Source: the human T2T-CHM13v2.0 reference genome, Homo sapiens. Taken from it: a DNA stretch of 64,000 nucleotides. The notes beneath the pieces are model-generated. The model made no database searches. It saw only the letters and a program-made list of their open reading frames with translations, and was not told the DNA's origin. Shown here piece after piece: positions 33,187 to 49,059 of this stretch (positions are counted from its first letter, which is position 1; every line of letters starts with the position of its first letter). The DNA lies in assembly GCF_009914755.1 (NCBI RefSeq), contig NC_060940.1; one strand, given 5' to 3'. Position numbers and translations under genes: made by a program.

Positions 33187-34776
33187 CTAGAAAATTCTAG
33201 GAAAGCACAAATTTGAAATGTAAGCTTACAATTCCTCAGACATCAAGGTGGTGTTTTGTTACTGGTCGAAATTCTCTTGATTGTAGATGCATGGGCATGG
33301 TTCTCTGAGATGGTGCAATTAACCCTTGCATCTTCACATAAAGATCAGTCATTTTAATGAGGCAAAAACCTTAGTATGCTCTCTGGCTTCACTTCAAAAT
33401 GATGCTCCAGCTCTCATTGGGGAAAGGTACTAATCATTTCAATGTTTATTAATGCCCCTAAAGCCTGTCTATATTTAGAAAAGTTGTGCCTGGGATTTTG
33501 TGACAGTATATGCAGAATTTGCTCATGTCATAATTTTATCTTCATTCATGACTTCACATGACTCTAAGAAGAATGCATGTTGAAGCGGAAAAGCCATCAG
33601 GCACTTCTGTGGTTTGGGTTTTGCTGAATGCAATGCTTAGTGAGAAACCACCCTGAGAAGAAAAGGTTGAAGAGAGTGATTTACATGAAATGTGAACAGT
33701 GAAATATCATTAAGTCATAATCAGTTTATGCAGAATTGATGCCAAGTCAAAACAAAAACTGTTTTCTGTCATTCTACCTGAGCTCTTTGCACAGACCCAT
33801 GCCAGCTAAATCCAGGTCTATTTATCCTGTTCTTGAGAATCTCATTTAACAGGACACTACTCCACAACTCACTCTTGTGTCTGCTCTTTAACTAACCAAC
33901 CTCTAGCCTAACCAACCTCTAGCCTGAACATTCATTCTTGTTTAGTTGAGGCATAACAACTAAATAACAGGTGGTGACATAAACACCTATCACCACTGCC
34001 TACCCATGCCCATTTTCCACAAACATAATCAGTTCTGTTACGTCACTCTCTTCTAACTTTTGAATTATCAATACATTTCAAAAAGTTCTAGTTCCAATCA
34101 TTATACTATATATTCTGGACAGAAGGGACCACCAAGAGTTCAAAAATTATTTACTGAGCAGCTACTATACGCAAGTGACTCTCCTGGAGTTGCAAAAATA
34201 AGGCAAGGTTTTTGGTTGCAAGAAGTTCAGTGTATTAAACCACAAGACATATCGTCCGTGTCCTTCAATGACCCTATTAGAGTATACTTATTTATTGATA
34301 AACAATTTGAAAACAGAGCTGAATTCACTGAATGCCTATATTCAGTGTGATGTCTTGGGACAAGACCTAATTCCTCTTTCTTTCCTTTCCCACCTGACAA
34401 ACTCCCAGTCACTGATCCTTCAAGAAGGAGCTCAAAGGATTTACGCAACTTTGATAGATAAGAAAATGTTACTCCATCTTGTATGTCACATCTTGTGGAG
34501 TAGCCTTAGTTTCTCCAAATCAACTATTTTATTGATGCATCTGCCTTCTTTATTAGACTTAAGCTCCTTAAATACTGGAACTTGACTTTTTCATTTCTAC
34601 ACCCTGGCATCTAGTTTAGTACCTAATCCAGTACATACTTGCTGCCTGAGTATGATGAATAGCTGAGTATGATGATTGTCGTTGTAATATGTATATGCTC
34701 CTCTGAATGGAAATACGTATTTGCTCCATTCTTTCAATGCAATTCCTATTCTTTACTGAGGTCCAGCCTAAAACCC

Positions 34777-34867
34777 ATGGTCTTCAGATGATTACAAAAA
34801 AATAATAACTATTAGATCTGTTAATATTCAAGCATTGTTCCTCAATATAGTAACAAAGTAAAAGGCT
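34777..34867 (+). repeat. Copy 2 of an ~85-bp local direct duplication
   Basis: atggtcttcagatgattacaaaaaaataataactattagatctgttaatattcaagcattgttcctcaatatagtaacaaagta. Confidence 0.95.
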
Positions 34868-35084
34868 TTGTTACTCAATCCTACTCACTTCATCTGGGTA
34901 TTTATCCAGAATTCTGGGGAGATACAAAAAAAAGGCAGCATGTAGGCCAAATCATTCATATAGATATGTTTGCATGTGTCTCTGGAATATGTCCTTTGTT
35001 TTTATGCATATACCTATCCTATCTCTTTGAAGCAATGTTCTCCTCACTATAAAACCTGTTATTATTTTACTCAATGAACCCATA

Positions 35085-35360
35085 TTCTATCATTTCTGAT
35101 GTAAGCATGGCTACTACTGCTCTCTTTCATTTTCCCTTTACATAGAATATATTTTTCCATCCCTTCTCTTTCAGTCTGTGTGTGTCCCTAGAGGTGAAGT
35201 GAGTCTCTTGTAGGCAGCATATAGTTAGGTCCTTTTTTAAAAAAAACATCCATTTGGCCACTCTGTCTTTTGACTAGAGAGTTTAACCCATTTACATTAA
35301 AGGTAATTACTGATAGGTAAAGACTTACTAGTGACATTTGTTGTTTTCTTGTTATTTTGT
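35085..35360 (-). mobile_element. Old L1M fragment covering the ORF2 endonuclease N-terminus
   Basis: Minus ORF 35188-35430 contains 'LSVITFNVNGLNSLVKRQ' (cf. L1 'ITILTLNVNGLNAPIKR'). Confidence 0.8.
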
Positions 35361-36079
35361 AGATCATTTGAATAAATTCAAGTTCTAAACTTCTGTTTGT
35401 TTGCTTGCTTGTTTGAAGATCAAACTGCATTTATGAAGTAAAGACTTCCTTTTTCTGACTGGTACTCTGATCAGCATTAATAACCAAGACTACCGCTCTG
35501 AGTTAATAAAACTCCCATCCAAACAAAAAAAATTAGCATGTTATGTTTTGTTGGACTGTGCTGCTTTTTTGTAGGTAAGTTCTTAAGTGATTTGTGTTTG
35601 AAATACTAAGTAGGATTTTAGAAACCCCAGTAATACTTCTGCAGACCCCTAGAAGTATCCAGACTTCATGAGTAACAGTGATCATGAGTAACATGATTAT
35701 CCGTCAATTACATGCCAGATACCTTTCTTGTCCTAGCTTTGCCACCACTATGTGACCTTAGAAGTTATGTTCCTCTATGTCTCGGTACCAAATGTACAAA
35801 GTATAGAGAGTATTCTCCTAAGAGTTATATACATTTAATGAGATAATGAACAAACTCCTTACCTAAAGTGCCCAGTGCATACTTAGGTCTGTGGTCCTGC
35901 CCAATCATCAGTAGGTAGCTATTACTATTTTTCAGACTTTCTATGACCTGCTCTTTTTTCTAACTGTCTTGCTGCATAACTACCCGTGGCATTTCAGAGT
36001 ATGAAGCACTAGATTTTAAGAAAGAAATTTAATAGGATTCTGTCACAGGACAGGGAAGAATTAAGGCAGATAAGCTTGG

Positions 36080-36340
36080 GGGTTTTCATAAATCATGTAG
36101 ATTTTAATTGGAAGCAGTGGTGTTTGCTATGGCTGGAAGACAAGAGAAGGAGTAGTTCATTACCTGAGTATGTCAGCCTTCATCCAGTGGGATTGAGAAC
36201 TTGGAGAGAGGGCCAGCAGAGAGTTACCATAGATTACTTAGACTTAAGTAAACCAATTACTTGTTGATGAAGGCTCATGAGCAATTTATACCATGCTATG
36301 TCCATAAGCAGTATGACTGGTTGAGGCAGAACTGCTAAAG
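36080..36340 (+). mobile_element. Probable CR1/L3 reverse-transcriptase fossil
   Basis: ORF 36076-36267 ends 'VTIDYLDLSK', resembling the CR1 RT motif 'VDVIYLDFSKAFD'; followed by 'aaggctcatga' and 'actggttga'. Confidence 0.45.
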
Positions 36341-37915
36341 TAATATTGGAGTGATTTTCCCAGTGAAATGTGATATTCCAGTTCTCTCTTTGGATCACAC
36401 TCAAAGAGAGGATAAAATTTTAAAATCCAACAAATTAATACTTCACCAATCCAGGTTTGTGGAAGGTTTGTGGCGAAGAAGTCAGATCCTCCTAAGTTTA
36501 TTTTATTCCAGGTCTCCTGGATCCATCATAAATGGAATTTATAGTTGGCTCTAAGAAGTGATAAAACCACATGCATTCTTATCTTTGCCCTCACAATATG
36601 TAGCTTCTCATGAGCCTCCTTCAACTTTGCCCCTTGTTCACTCATCTTCTCCCTCCAGGGGGTTGGCAGCCACCAGGTCACTGTTTTAGTAGTCCGTTTT
36701 GGATTGTTTTCAATCATTTCATGGCCTGTGAATTGTCTGGGTTAGAAGCTACAGGCAGTACTAGTGAACAGTTCATGTTAGGAGCAAAGACATGAAGAAA
36801 ATACTTCCTCACACACTGTTTCTTGGAATTCTAGTCCATGAACTTCATGTGATTCTAAAATGAGAGAATGGTATAATGACATGTCAATATGTACATAACA
36901 CTGGTTACCACTGACTATGAATCTCCTGGGGGGACCCATTCCATTGAGAATAAAGATTTATTTTCCCAATTTGCTTTGCCATTGTATTTCCAAGCTGTGT
37001 AACTGCAAATTTTAAGAACTGGCTTTAATTTCATTTTGTAGGAATCTAGTCACGATCTCTAGTACATTAAATCTCTTTAAAGTCTTATTAATCTATTAAA
37101 AAAATCTTTACCAATGGATAACCAGTTTTAACTTGGAACAATTTTCACCCACATCTGTGTCCTTAGAAATCATTATTTACAAGTTATCCAACAGGCCTGG
37201 GAAAAGAGAAGCTTTCTTTAAACAGTACATCTTCAGAGCAGACATGTATTATATTTATATAATGAAGCGGTTGTCTGACTAGCTATATAACAACTCAGGT
37301 GTTTTTAAATAAGTAGAAAAAATGTAGCATGGAAACTTAATTCTGCTCCTGGAGCAGGTTGATAAATCTAGCCAAACATCTTTATTTTTTACAGTACATT
37401 AAGGGAACATTTTTATTTAGTACAGTCATAGATCTTCACATTATTGGGAAGTGTGTTCTTATGTTGCTTTTTTGTCTTCAGAATTGCCTTAGGAAGACGT
37501 TCTTTCACTGGGAGTTCTATTGATGTTATTCTGGGGGAGAAAACTGTGCCCAAATTGATTTGAATTAATTGAGGACTACAGAATGGTGTCTTCATGCCCC
37601 TCACTGCCAAAGGCTTTGTCTGCAGAAGAGGAGTTTTGCCTTTAAAAGGATAGCCAAGATTTTCAAAAATGGATGATGAATACATGGTTCATCAAACTAT
37701 TCTCACAACTTTTGTGTACTTTGAAATTTTCCATAATAAGTAGTTCTTTCAAAGGAACTGGCAATAAAAGGGGAAAAGCATATCTATGGGAAACCTATTA
37801 AAATTCATTTCCCATAGATACATTAGCATTCACTGTGTCCCAGACTCTGAGCTAAGAAGTATAGAGTGGAAACAAGAAACTGTCCTCAACAAACTCATTC
37901 TCTAGTTGAAATAAT

Positions 37916-38020
37916 TTTCATGGACTGAATGTTTCCGTATCCTCAAAACTCACATGTTAAAGCCTATAACACCAAAGTGAAGGAGTGGGAGCTTTGGGAA
38001 TTAGAGAGATGATCTCACCC

Positions 38021-38066
<46 letters not shown>

Positions 38067-38276
38067 TTCTCTGCCATCAAAGATATAGCAAAAAGGAAAG
38101 CCAGCCAGCCATCTACAAGCCATGAAGAAGGCCCTCACCAGACACTGAATCTGCTGATCTGCTTGTGCCTTGATGTTGAATTTCCAGCCCCCAGAACTGT
38201 GAGAGAGAAAAAAAAAATCTTGTTTAAGGCATCAGTCTGTGGTATTTTGTTATAGCAGCCTGAACTGACTAAGATA
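37916..38276 (+). mobile_element. MLT1A-type MaLR LTR containing a (CT)n microsatellite at ~38024-38063
   Basis: 'atggactgaatgt...ccctcaccagacactgaatctgctg...gtggtattttgttatagcagcctgaactgactaaga'. Confidence 0.85.
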
Positions 38277-38454
38277 ATACTGTATATAGATGTGGAAACT
38301 ACTTAGGCTATAAGAAACTAAATGGTGTTTAGTTTATCAGCCCTGAAATTTAAAGGGGTGATTTAACTGCGGTGCTCTGGGAAAATCTTCTAAAGGAGGT
38401 GATTGAGTGGGCATTAAAACATGATCATGGCTTCAAAATTCCAAGGAGTGTATG

Positions 38455-38819
38455 TGATATGGTTTGGCTCTGTCCCCACCCAAATCTCATCTTGAACTGT
38501 AGGTCCCATAACCCACACATGTCATGAGAGGGACTCTGTGGGAGGTAATTAAATCATGGGGGCCAGTCTTTCCAGTGCTGTTCTCAGGATAGTGAATAAG
38601 TCTCATGAGATCTGATGGTTTTACACAAGGGCAGCTCCCCTGCACATGCTCTCGTGCCTGCCACCAGTTAAGATGTGTCTTTGCTCCTCCTTTGCCTTCC
38701 ACCAAGATTATGAGGCCTCCCCAGCCATGTGGAAGTGTAAGTCTATTAAACCTCTTTTTCTTTATAAATTACCCAGTCTTGGGTATTTCTTCATAACAGG
38801 ATGAAAATGGACTAATACA
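38455..38819 (+). mobile_element. THE1 (B/C-like) solo LTR
   Basis: TG...CA termini 'tgatatggtttggct' / 'ggactaataca'; perfect 5-bp TSD gtatg (38450-38454 / 38820-38824). Confidence 0.93.
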
Positions 38820-39036
38820 GTATGCTAGTCCACAGAATAGTATAAACAGAGGTAAAGAAAGATGGAGAAATAAGGAGTGTTCTATGTTCCCTGACTCACA
38901 AAAGAACGGTCTGGAGTGACTCTATTAGTAGGATTCAAAGGGAAAGGTGAGCTAAAGGCACATTATATCCAGAGAATTAAATTTCAAAATGAGGCATAAA
39001 AAATTTAACCTGAAGAATTAGAAACTCATTCAAGGG

Positions 39037-40058
39037 AAGATGGCCGAATAGAAACAGCTCCAGTCTATAGTTCCCAGCATAAGCAACCAGAAGACAGGTG
39101 ATTTCTGCATTTCCAACTGAGGTACCGGGTTCATCTCACTGGGGAGTGTCAGACAGTAGGTGCAGGACAGTGGGGGCAGCACACCGTGCACAAGCCAAAG
39201 CAGGGCGAGGCATCGCCTCGCCTGGGAAGTGCAAGGGATCAGGGAATTCCCTTTCCTAGTCAAAGAAAGGGGTGACAGATGGCACCTGGAAAATCGGGTC
39301 ACTCCCACCCTAATACTGCACTTTTCCAACCAGCTTAAAAAACGGCACACCAGGAGATTATATACCACACATGGCTTGGAGGGACCTAGACCCAAGGAGT
39401 CTTGCTCATTGCTAGCACAGCAGTCTAAGATCAAACTGCAAGGAGGCAGTGAGGCTGGGGGAGGGGCACCCACCAATGCCGAGTTAGTTGTTTGATTAGG
39501 TAAACAAAGCAGCCAGGAAGCGCAAACTGGGTGGAGCCCACCACAGCTCAAGGAGGCCTGCCTGCCTCTGTAGGCTCCACCTCTGGGGGCAGGGCACAGA
39601 CAAACAAAAAGACAGCAGTAACCTCTGCAGACTTAAATGTCCCTCTCTGACAGCTTTGAAGAGAGTAGTGGTTTTCCCAGCACACAGCTGGAGATCTGAG
39701 AACGGGCAGACGGCCTCCTCAAGTGGGTCCCTGACCCCCGAGTAGCCTAACTGGGAGGCACCCCCCAGTAGGGGCGGACTGACACCTCACACGGCCGGGT
39801 ACTCCTCTGAGACAAAACTTTCAGAGGAACAATCAGGCAGCAGCATTTGCAGTTCACCAATATCCACTGTTCTGCAGCCACCGCTGCTGGTACCCAGGCA
39901 AACAGGGTCTGGAGTGGACCTCTAGCAAACTCCAACAGACTTGCAGCTGAGGGTTCTGTCTGTTAGAAGGAAAACTAACAAACAGAAAGGACATCCACGC
40001 CAAAAATGCATCTGTACGTCACCATCATCAAAGACCAAAGGTAGATAAAACCACAAAG
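39037..40058 (+). promoter_or_regulatory. L1 5' UTR internal sense/antisense promoter with YY1 core (aagatggcc, 39037-39045)
   Basis: Recognisable L1PA 5' UTR; many CpGs have decayed. Confidence 0.8.
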
Positions 40059-41074
40059 ATGGGGAAAAAACAGAGCAGAAAAACTGGAAACTAAAAATCA
40101 GAGCATCTCTCCTCCTCCAAAGGAACGCAGCTCCTCACCAGCAATGGAACAATGCTGGACGGAGAATGACTTTCATGAGCTGAGAGAAGAAGCCTTCAGA
40201 CAATCAAACTGCTCCGAGCTACAGCAGGAAATTCGAACCAATGGCAAAGAAGTTAAAAGCTTTGAAAAAAAATTAGAAAAATGGATAACTAGAATACCCA
40301 ATGGAGAGAAGTCCTTAAAGGACCTGATGGAGCTGAAAACCAATGCACGAGAACTACGTGACAAATGCAGAAGCCTCAGTAGCCGATGCGATCAACTGGA
40401 AGAAAGGGTATAAGTGATGGAAGACAAAATGAATGAAATGAAATGAGAAGAGAAGTTTACAGAAAAAAAGAATAAAAAGAAATGAACAAAGCCTCCAAGA
40501 AATATGGTACAATGTGAAAAGACCAAATCTACGTCTGATTGGCGTACCTGAAAGTGACGAGGAGAATGGAACCAAGTTGGAAAACACTCAGCAGGATATT
40601 ATCCAGGAGAACTTCCCCAATCTAGCAAGGCAGGCCAACATTCAAATTCAGGAAATACAGAGAACGCCACAAAGATACTCCTCGAGAAGAGCAACGCCAA
40701 GACACATAATTCTCAGATTCACCAAAGTTTAAATGAAGGAAAAAATGTTAAGGGCAGCCAGAGAGAAAGGTCGGGTTATCCACAAAGGGAAGCCCATCAG
40801 ACTAACAGCTGATCTCTCGGCAGAAACTCTACAAGCCAGAAGAGAGTGGGCGCCAATACTCAACATTCTTAAAGAAAAGAATTTTCAACCCAGAATTTCA
40901 TATCTAGCCAAACTAAGCTTCATAAGTGAAGGAGAAATAAAATCCTTTACAGACAAGCAAATGCTGAGAGATTTTGTCACCACCAGGCCTGCCCTAAAAG
41001 AGCTCCTGAAGGAAGCACTAAACATGGAAAGGAACAACTGGTACCAGCCACTGCAAAAACATGCCAAAATGTAA
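40059..41074 (+). pseudogene. L1 ORF1p (RNA-binding chaperone), disrupted
   Basis: ATG 40059 'atggggaaaaaacag'; fragments 40144-40413, 40514-40732 and 40733-41074 ('...YQPLQKHAKM') are separated by frameshifts and stops. Confidence 0.93.
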
Positions 41075-41137
41075 GGACCATCAAGGCTAGGAAGAAACTG
41101 CATCAACTAATGAGCAAAATAACCAGCTAACATCATA

Positions 41138-44957
<3,820 letters not shown>

Positions 44958-45171
44958 ACAATGAGAACACATGGACACAGGAAGGGGAACATCACACACC
45001 GGGGCCTGTTGTGGGGTGGGGGGAGGAGGGAGGGACAGCATTAGGAGATATACCTAATGCTAAATGACAAGTTAGTGGGTGCAGCACACCAACATGGCAC
45101 ATGTATACATATGTAACAAACCTGCACGTTGTGCACATGTACACTAAAACTTAAAGTATAATAAAATAAAA

Positions 45172-45320
45172 TTTTAAAACAGAGTCAGGGACATTTCCAG
45201 GATTAGTACAAGTATTTCTACAACACCTTCATGCCTGTGATAATGTGTAAGATGTAGCAGATTGAATTATCTTCTTATTCTCAAAAATATTAAATTTTTT
45301 TAACCTACAAAAAAAAAAAA
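45172..45320 (+). other. L1 3' transduction plus poly(A) tail
   Basis: Non-L1 sequence between the L1 end and an A-tail starting at 45309; ATTAAA at 45289-45294; lies inside the TSD pair. Confidence 0.9.
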
Positions 45321-45584
45321 AGAAACTCATTCAAGGTTTCTTGACAGGGTTAAAGACATATCATGCTCCCAGTTTGATTTTAAAAGAATAATGTTGCTAG
45401 TTATGGGAAATAAGAATTGAAGAAGATAGACATTGAAGATATTTAGATATAAATACTTTTAATCTATCCATTTCTTTATCTAGGCTCAAGCATGAATATC
45501 TCCTGCATCAAAAATAAGCGATGTACTCTCCGGTTTCTTTGCTTCTACTCTGACATTATAATCTGTTCCTCCCATTTAAGCTAG

Positions 45585-47700
45585 TGTGGTGAAGTATACT
45601 AAGAGCTCTCAATGAATCACATCTCCTTTTGTCCATAATCCTTTGCAATGTGACTTTGTTGCCCCTTCCATCAAGAATTAGAGACTATTTTCCTACCCCT
45701 GAATCTGGACTGGCTTTGTGAACATGCTTTGAGTGTGGCATAAGTAACACTGTGTGGCTTTTAATGATAGGCCATTGGTAAAGCAATCTGGGAAAATAAA
45801 GGCCTTGCAGTTTCTGGTTTTGCTCTCATCAAATGCTCCAGCCACAATATATGAAAGCCAGAGATAGCCAACTGAACAATAAGAAACAGCATGAAGAGAA
45901 AAACCCAGCCAACAGTTTGACAGTCACCTCCAATGACTCAGACTTGTGATTAGAACCATCTGAGACCCTCCAGCCCCTGACATGCTGCTGGGTGACTGCA
46001 CCCACATAACTAATCCCAGATCACAGCAGCAGAAGAACCACCCAGCTGAGCCAAGCCAACACAGAGACTCTTAAAAAATACACTAACTTATTGTTTTCAA
46101 CCATAAAGTTTTGTGTCATTTGCTATGCAGATATAAGTAACTGAAACAGAAATTGGTACCAGAAGTGAAATGTACCCACAACAAAATTTAAAACATGTGG
46201 CATTGGCTTTGGAACCCCTTAGTAAGCAGAGGCTTGGGGAAAAGTGAAGGGACTGTCGGAGGCTAAGAGAAGGGTAACTATGTTATATTGTGATAGAAAT
46301 ATTAGCGAAAGTGTCATGTGCAGTAACTTGAAAGATAGAAATTATACCTAATGAACTCATAGATCTGGCTAAAGGAATCACAAAACAGAAATTTGAAACG
46401 ACCAATTGATTTTGCTAGCAGTGTCTGACAAGGTAAAAGAAAAAAAAGGGGAAGAAAGGAACTATTTAGTTTTCAAGCAGAATTAGAAGAAAATACAGAA
46501 GACCAAGGACTTACTGCATTAAACAAATAAAGATGCCATTCATTCCCAGTCTCCACAACTGGTGAAAACATCTCTATATTTCAGGAAATAAGCCCTGGAT
46601 CCAAGATCAAGTCAAACTTGTGACTGTAAGATTCTGAGTTAAGACCTTTGAAAGATTAAGTTTGTAAATTTTGATCTGCTCTACTACAAAAAAAAAAAAA
46701 AGTATTTTAAGAATTTAAGGTTCTATCACACAGTAGGCCCATATTTAGCCCAAAACAGATACAGTTTATATCAAAAAGAATTAGGGATGTGATTTTTGAT
46801 GTTTGGAGTAAACCAAATCAAGTTTTAGGAAATTTTAAACACATTAGATTAGTGACAACATTGGCAGCTTGGACTAAAAAAGATTAAGATAGTAGAGGAT
46901 ATAAAGAGGATTTTGGTTCCTCCTACAGAACAAAGGTATGCTGAGAAAGCTACTAAGCTGCAGTAGGATATTTATTAAGACAAAAATAAAAACTTTTCAG
47001 AGGATATAGGTAAGAGCCCAGAATTAAAGGGGAACAATGGACCATGAACCACTCCTAGAATGTATAAAGAGCTGGCATGGTGGCTTGCATCTACAGACCC
47101 AGCTACTCAGGAGGCTGAGGCAAGATGATCCCTTGAGACCAGGAGTTCAAGACCAACTTGGGCAACATAACAAGATTCTGTCTCTAAAATATATAATTAA
47201 AAAAAAAGAAATGAAAGTATAAAGAGATCCTACTCAAAAATAATTATCCAACCCTAGAGTAGGAAAAGCTGGGAGCAGGTGCCTGGCTGGATTTCAGAAT
47301 CACTACCTAACGGTGCCTGCTATGTGCTTCCATTATCCTCCCCATTTTGAACAGTGATATCTGTTTCTCTTATCAGATGTGCCGGCCTCATCATTACATA
47401 TTAGGTGTGAGGTAAGCACACAGCTAGTCATTTCAGTCACATTTCTCTGGTTCAGGAAAACCCTCAGTCAGGGAGCCATGCCCCAAATGCCTCATCTGTC
47501 ACTGGACAAGATGCAGAACATAAGATGCTTGACTTTGAGTCCAATGTTGTAATTGCATGACGTTTGATAAGTTTTTAAAGGAGTTGGGTGTAATTTGCTT
47601 ATGGGATAAATGGAAATCACTTTGGCCAGAGGGTAGACTGCTGTAGATTAATAATGGTATAAATATTCACAATTACTTCCAACAAAAATGAGATATATTC
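45585..47700 (+). mobile_element. MLT1G/H-like MaLR provirus: 5' LTR (~45585-46148), internal region, truncated 3' LTR (~47639-47700)
   Basis: LTR end 'gtaactgaaaca' then internal start 'gaaattggtaccagaagtg'; purine-rich 'ggccagagggtagac' precedes 'tgctgtagatta'. Confidence 0.75.
47070..47210 (+). mobile_element. FLAM monomer inside the MLT1 internal region
   Basis: 'ccagctactcaggaggctgagg...cttgagaccaggagttcaagacc'; flanking repeat gaa(t/a)gtataaagag. Confidence 0.75.
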
Positions 47701-47749
47701 ATTTTTTTGTAAATGTAACTATAACCGTGTTACACATTGGTTTAAATAC

Positions 47750-48200
47750 TTTCCTTCATTAATCCAGTTTACAAATATATGTAAAGTCTCTACTATTGCT
47801 TAGCAAATCTCCTGATCTCTGGGGATAAAATCAAATTAAACGAAATATCTGCCTTCATGGGACTTGCAATCAAGCAGAGTTAAACAAATAACATAAATAA
47901 ATAAATAACATCGCCTTAGGTAGGATGCTAGAATTGGGAGTAAGGGGATGTAACTTTTAGAGGATGTCAAGGAAGATCACTCTGAAGATCAACTACTTGA
48001 GATCTGAAAGTATCATCAGAGAGAATCATACACAGATCAGAAAAAAAAGGATGTTACAAGAAGGAACAGTGAGGTGGAAATAAACTGGACTTTCCTTAAG
48101 AAAAGCAAAAATGCTCGTGATCTGGGTTAGAAGAAACAAGGGGGAGAGTATGAGGCAGGTAGATGTGGAAACAGGCTCAGATCATGCAGTAATACCATTG
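47750..48200 (-). mobile_element. L2 fragment
   Basis: 'ctgccttcatgggacttgcaatc', 'gtcaaggaagatcactctga', 'cagatcatgcag'. Confidence 0.6.
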
Positions 48201-49059
48201 TTGTCCAATGTGGTAGAGTAGAACCTGGTTCAGTATACCACTGGCTTTCCCTGGGGTGCCATCTTTTCAAATGTAGGTATGGATGCTTGACTCCATGGTG
48301 CTATTAAACAGTGGGTAGATGCTGTCTATCTAATCTATCTATCTATGCAAATGAAACCACTACTCACATAAAAATATAGAAAATTTCCAGTATCTCAGAT
48401 CCTCATTCCTCTTCCCAGCTTATACCTGTCCTAAATGAAGCCACTATATTGACCTCTATCGCTATAGAGCAGTTTTGGCTGTTTTTGAACTTCATATTAA
48501 TAGTATCATACAGTAAGCATTCTTTCACGTTTGGCTTCCTTCACTCAATGTTATGTCTGTGGGATTCATCTATTTGTATATATCAGTAGTTATAAATAGC
48601 TGGTTTTACCCTCTCCTTTTCCTCTATCACATTTGCCATCACCTATAATGCCAAGTGTCTGTGTATTTGCCCACATATTTATTTCACACCTGCCTCCTAT
48701 GCTAGAATGCAAGCTCCCCCAAGCAGGTTCCTTGTCAGATTTATTAACTTCTGTATACCCAACACCTGATATGAGAAGTCATCAACAAATATCCACTGAA
48801 GGAAGAAGTAGGAACCTGCCCACAGCCTCGACACTCTGAGAGCCACATCTACCTGGAAATGAAAGCGGATCCAGCAGTCAGGGCGAACGGAGAGATTCTG
48901 AAGTTAGAATGAACAAAATAAAATGTGTAGGTGATGAGCCAGCGACTTGAAAGTGACTCAATGAATCTAACTTGGGTCACCAAGAGCATCTTAATGCTAT
49001 GAAAAAATGGAGAATATGAGGTTCTGGATTACATGTATTCTTTTCAACCCTCTTTCTCC

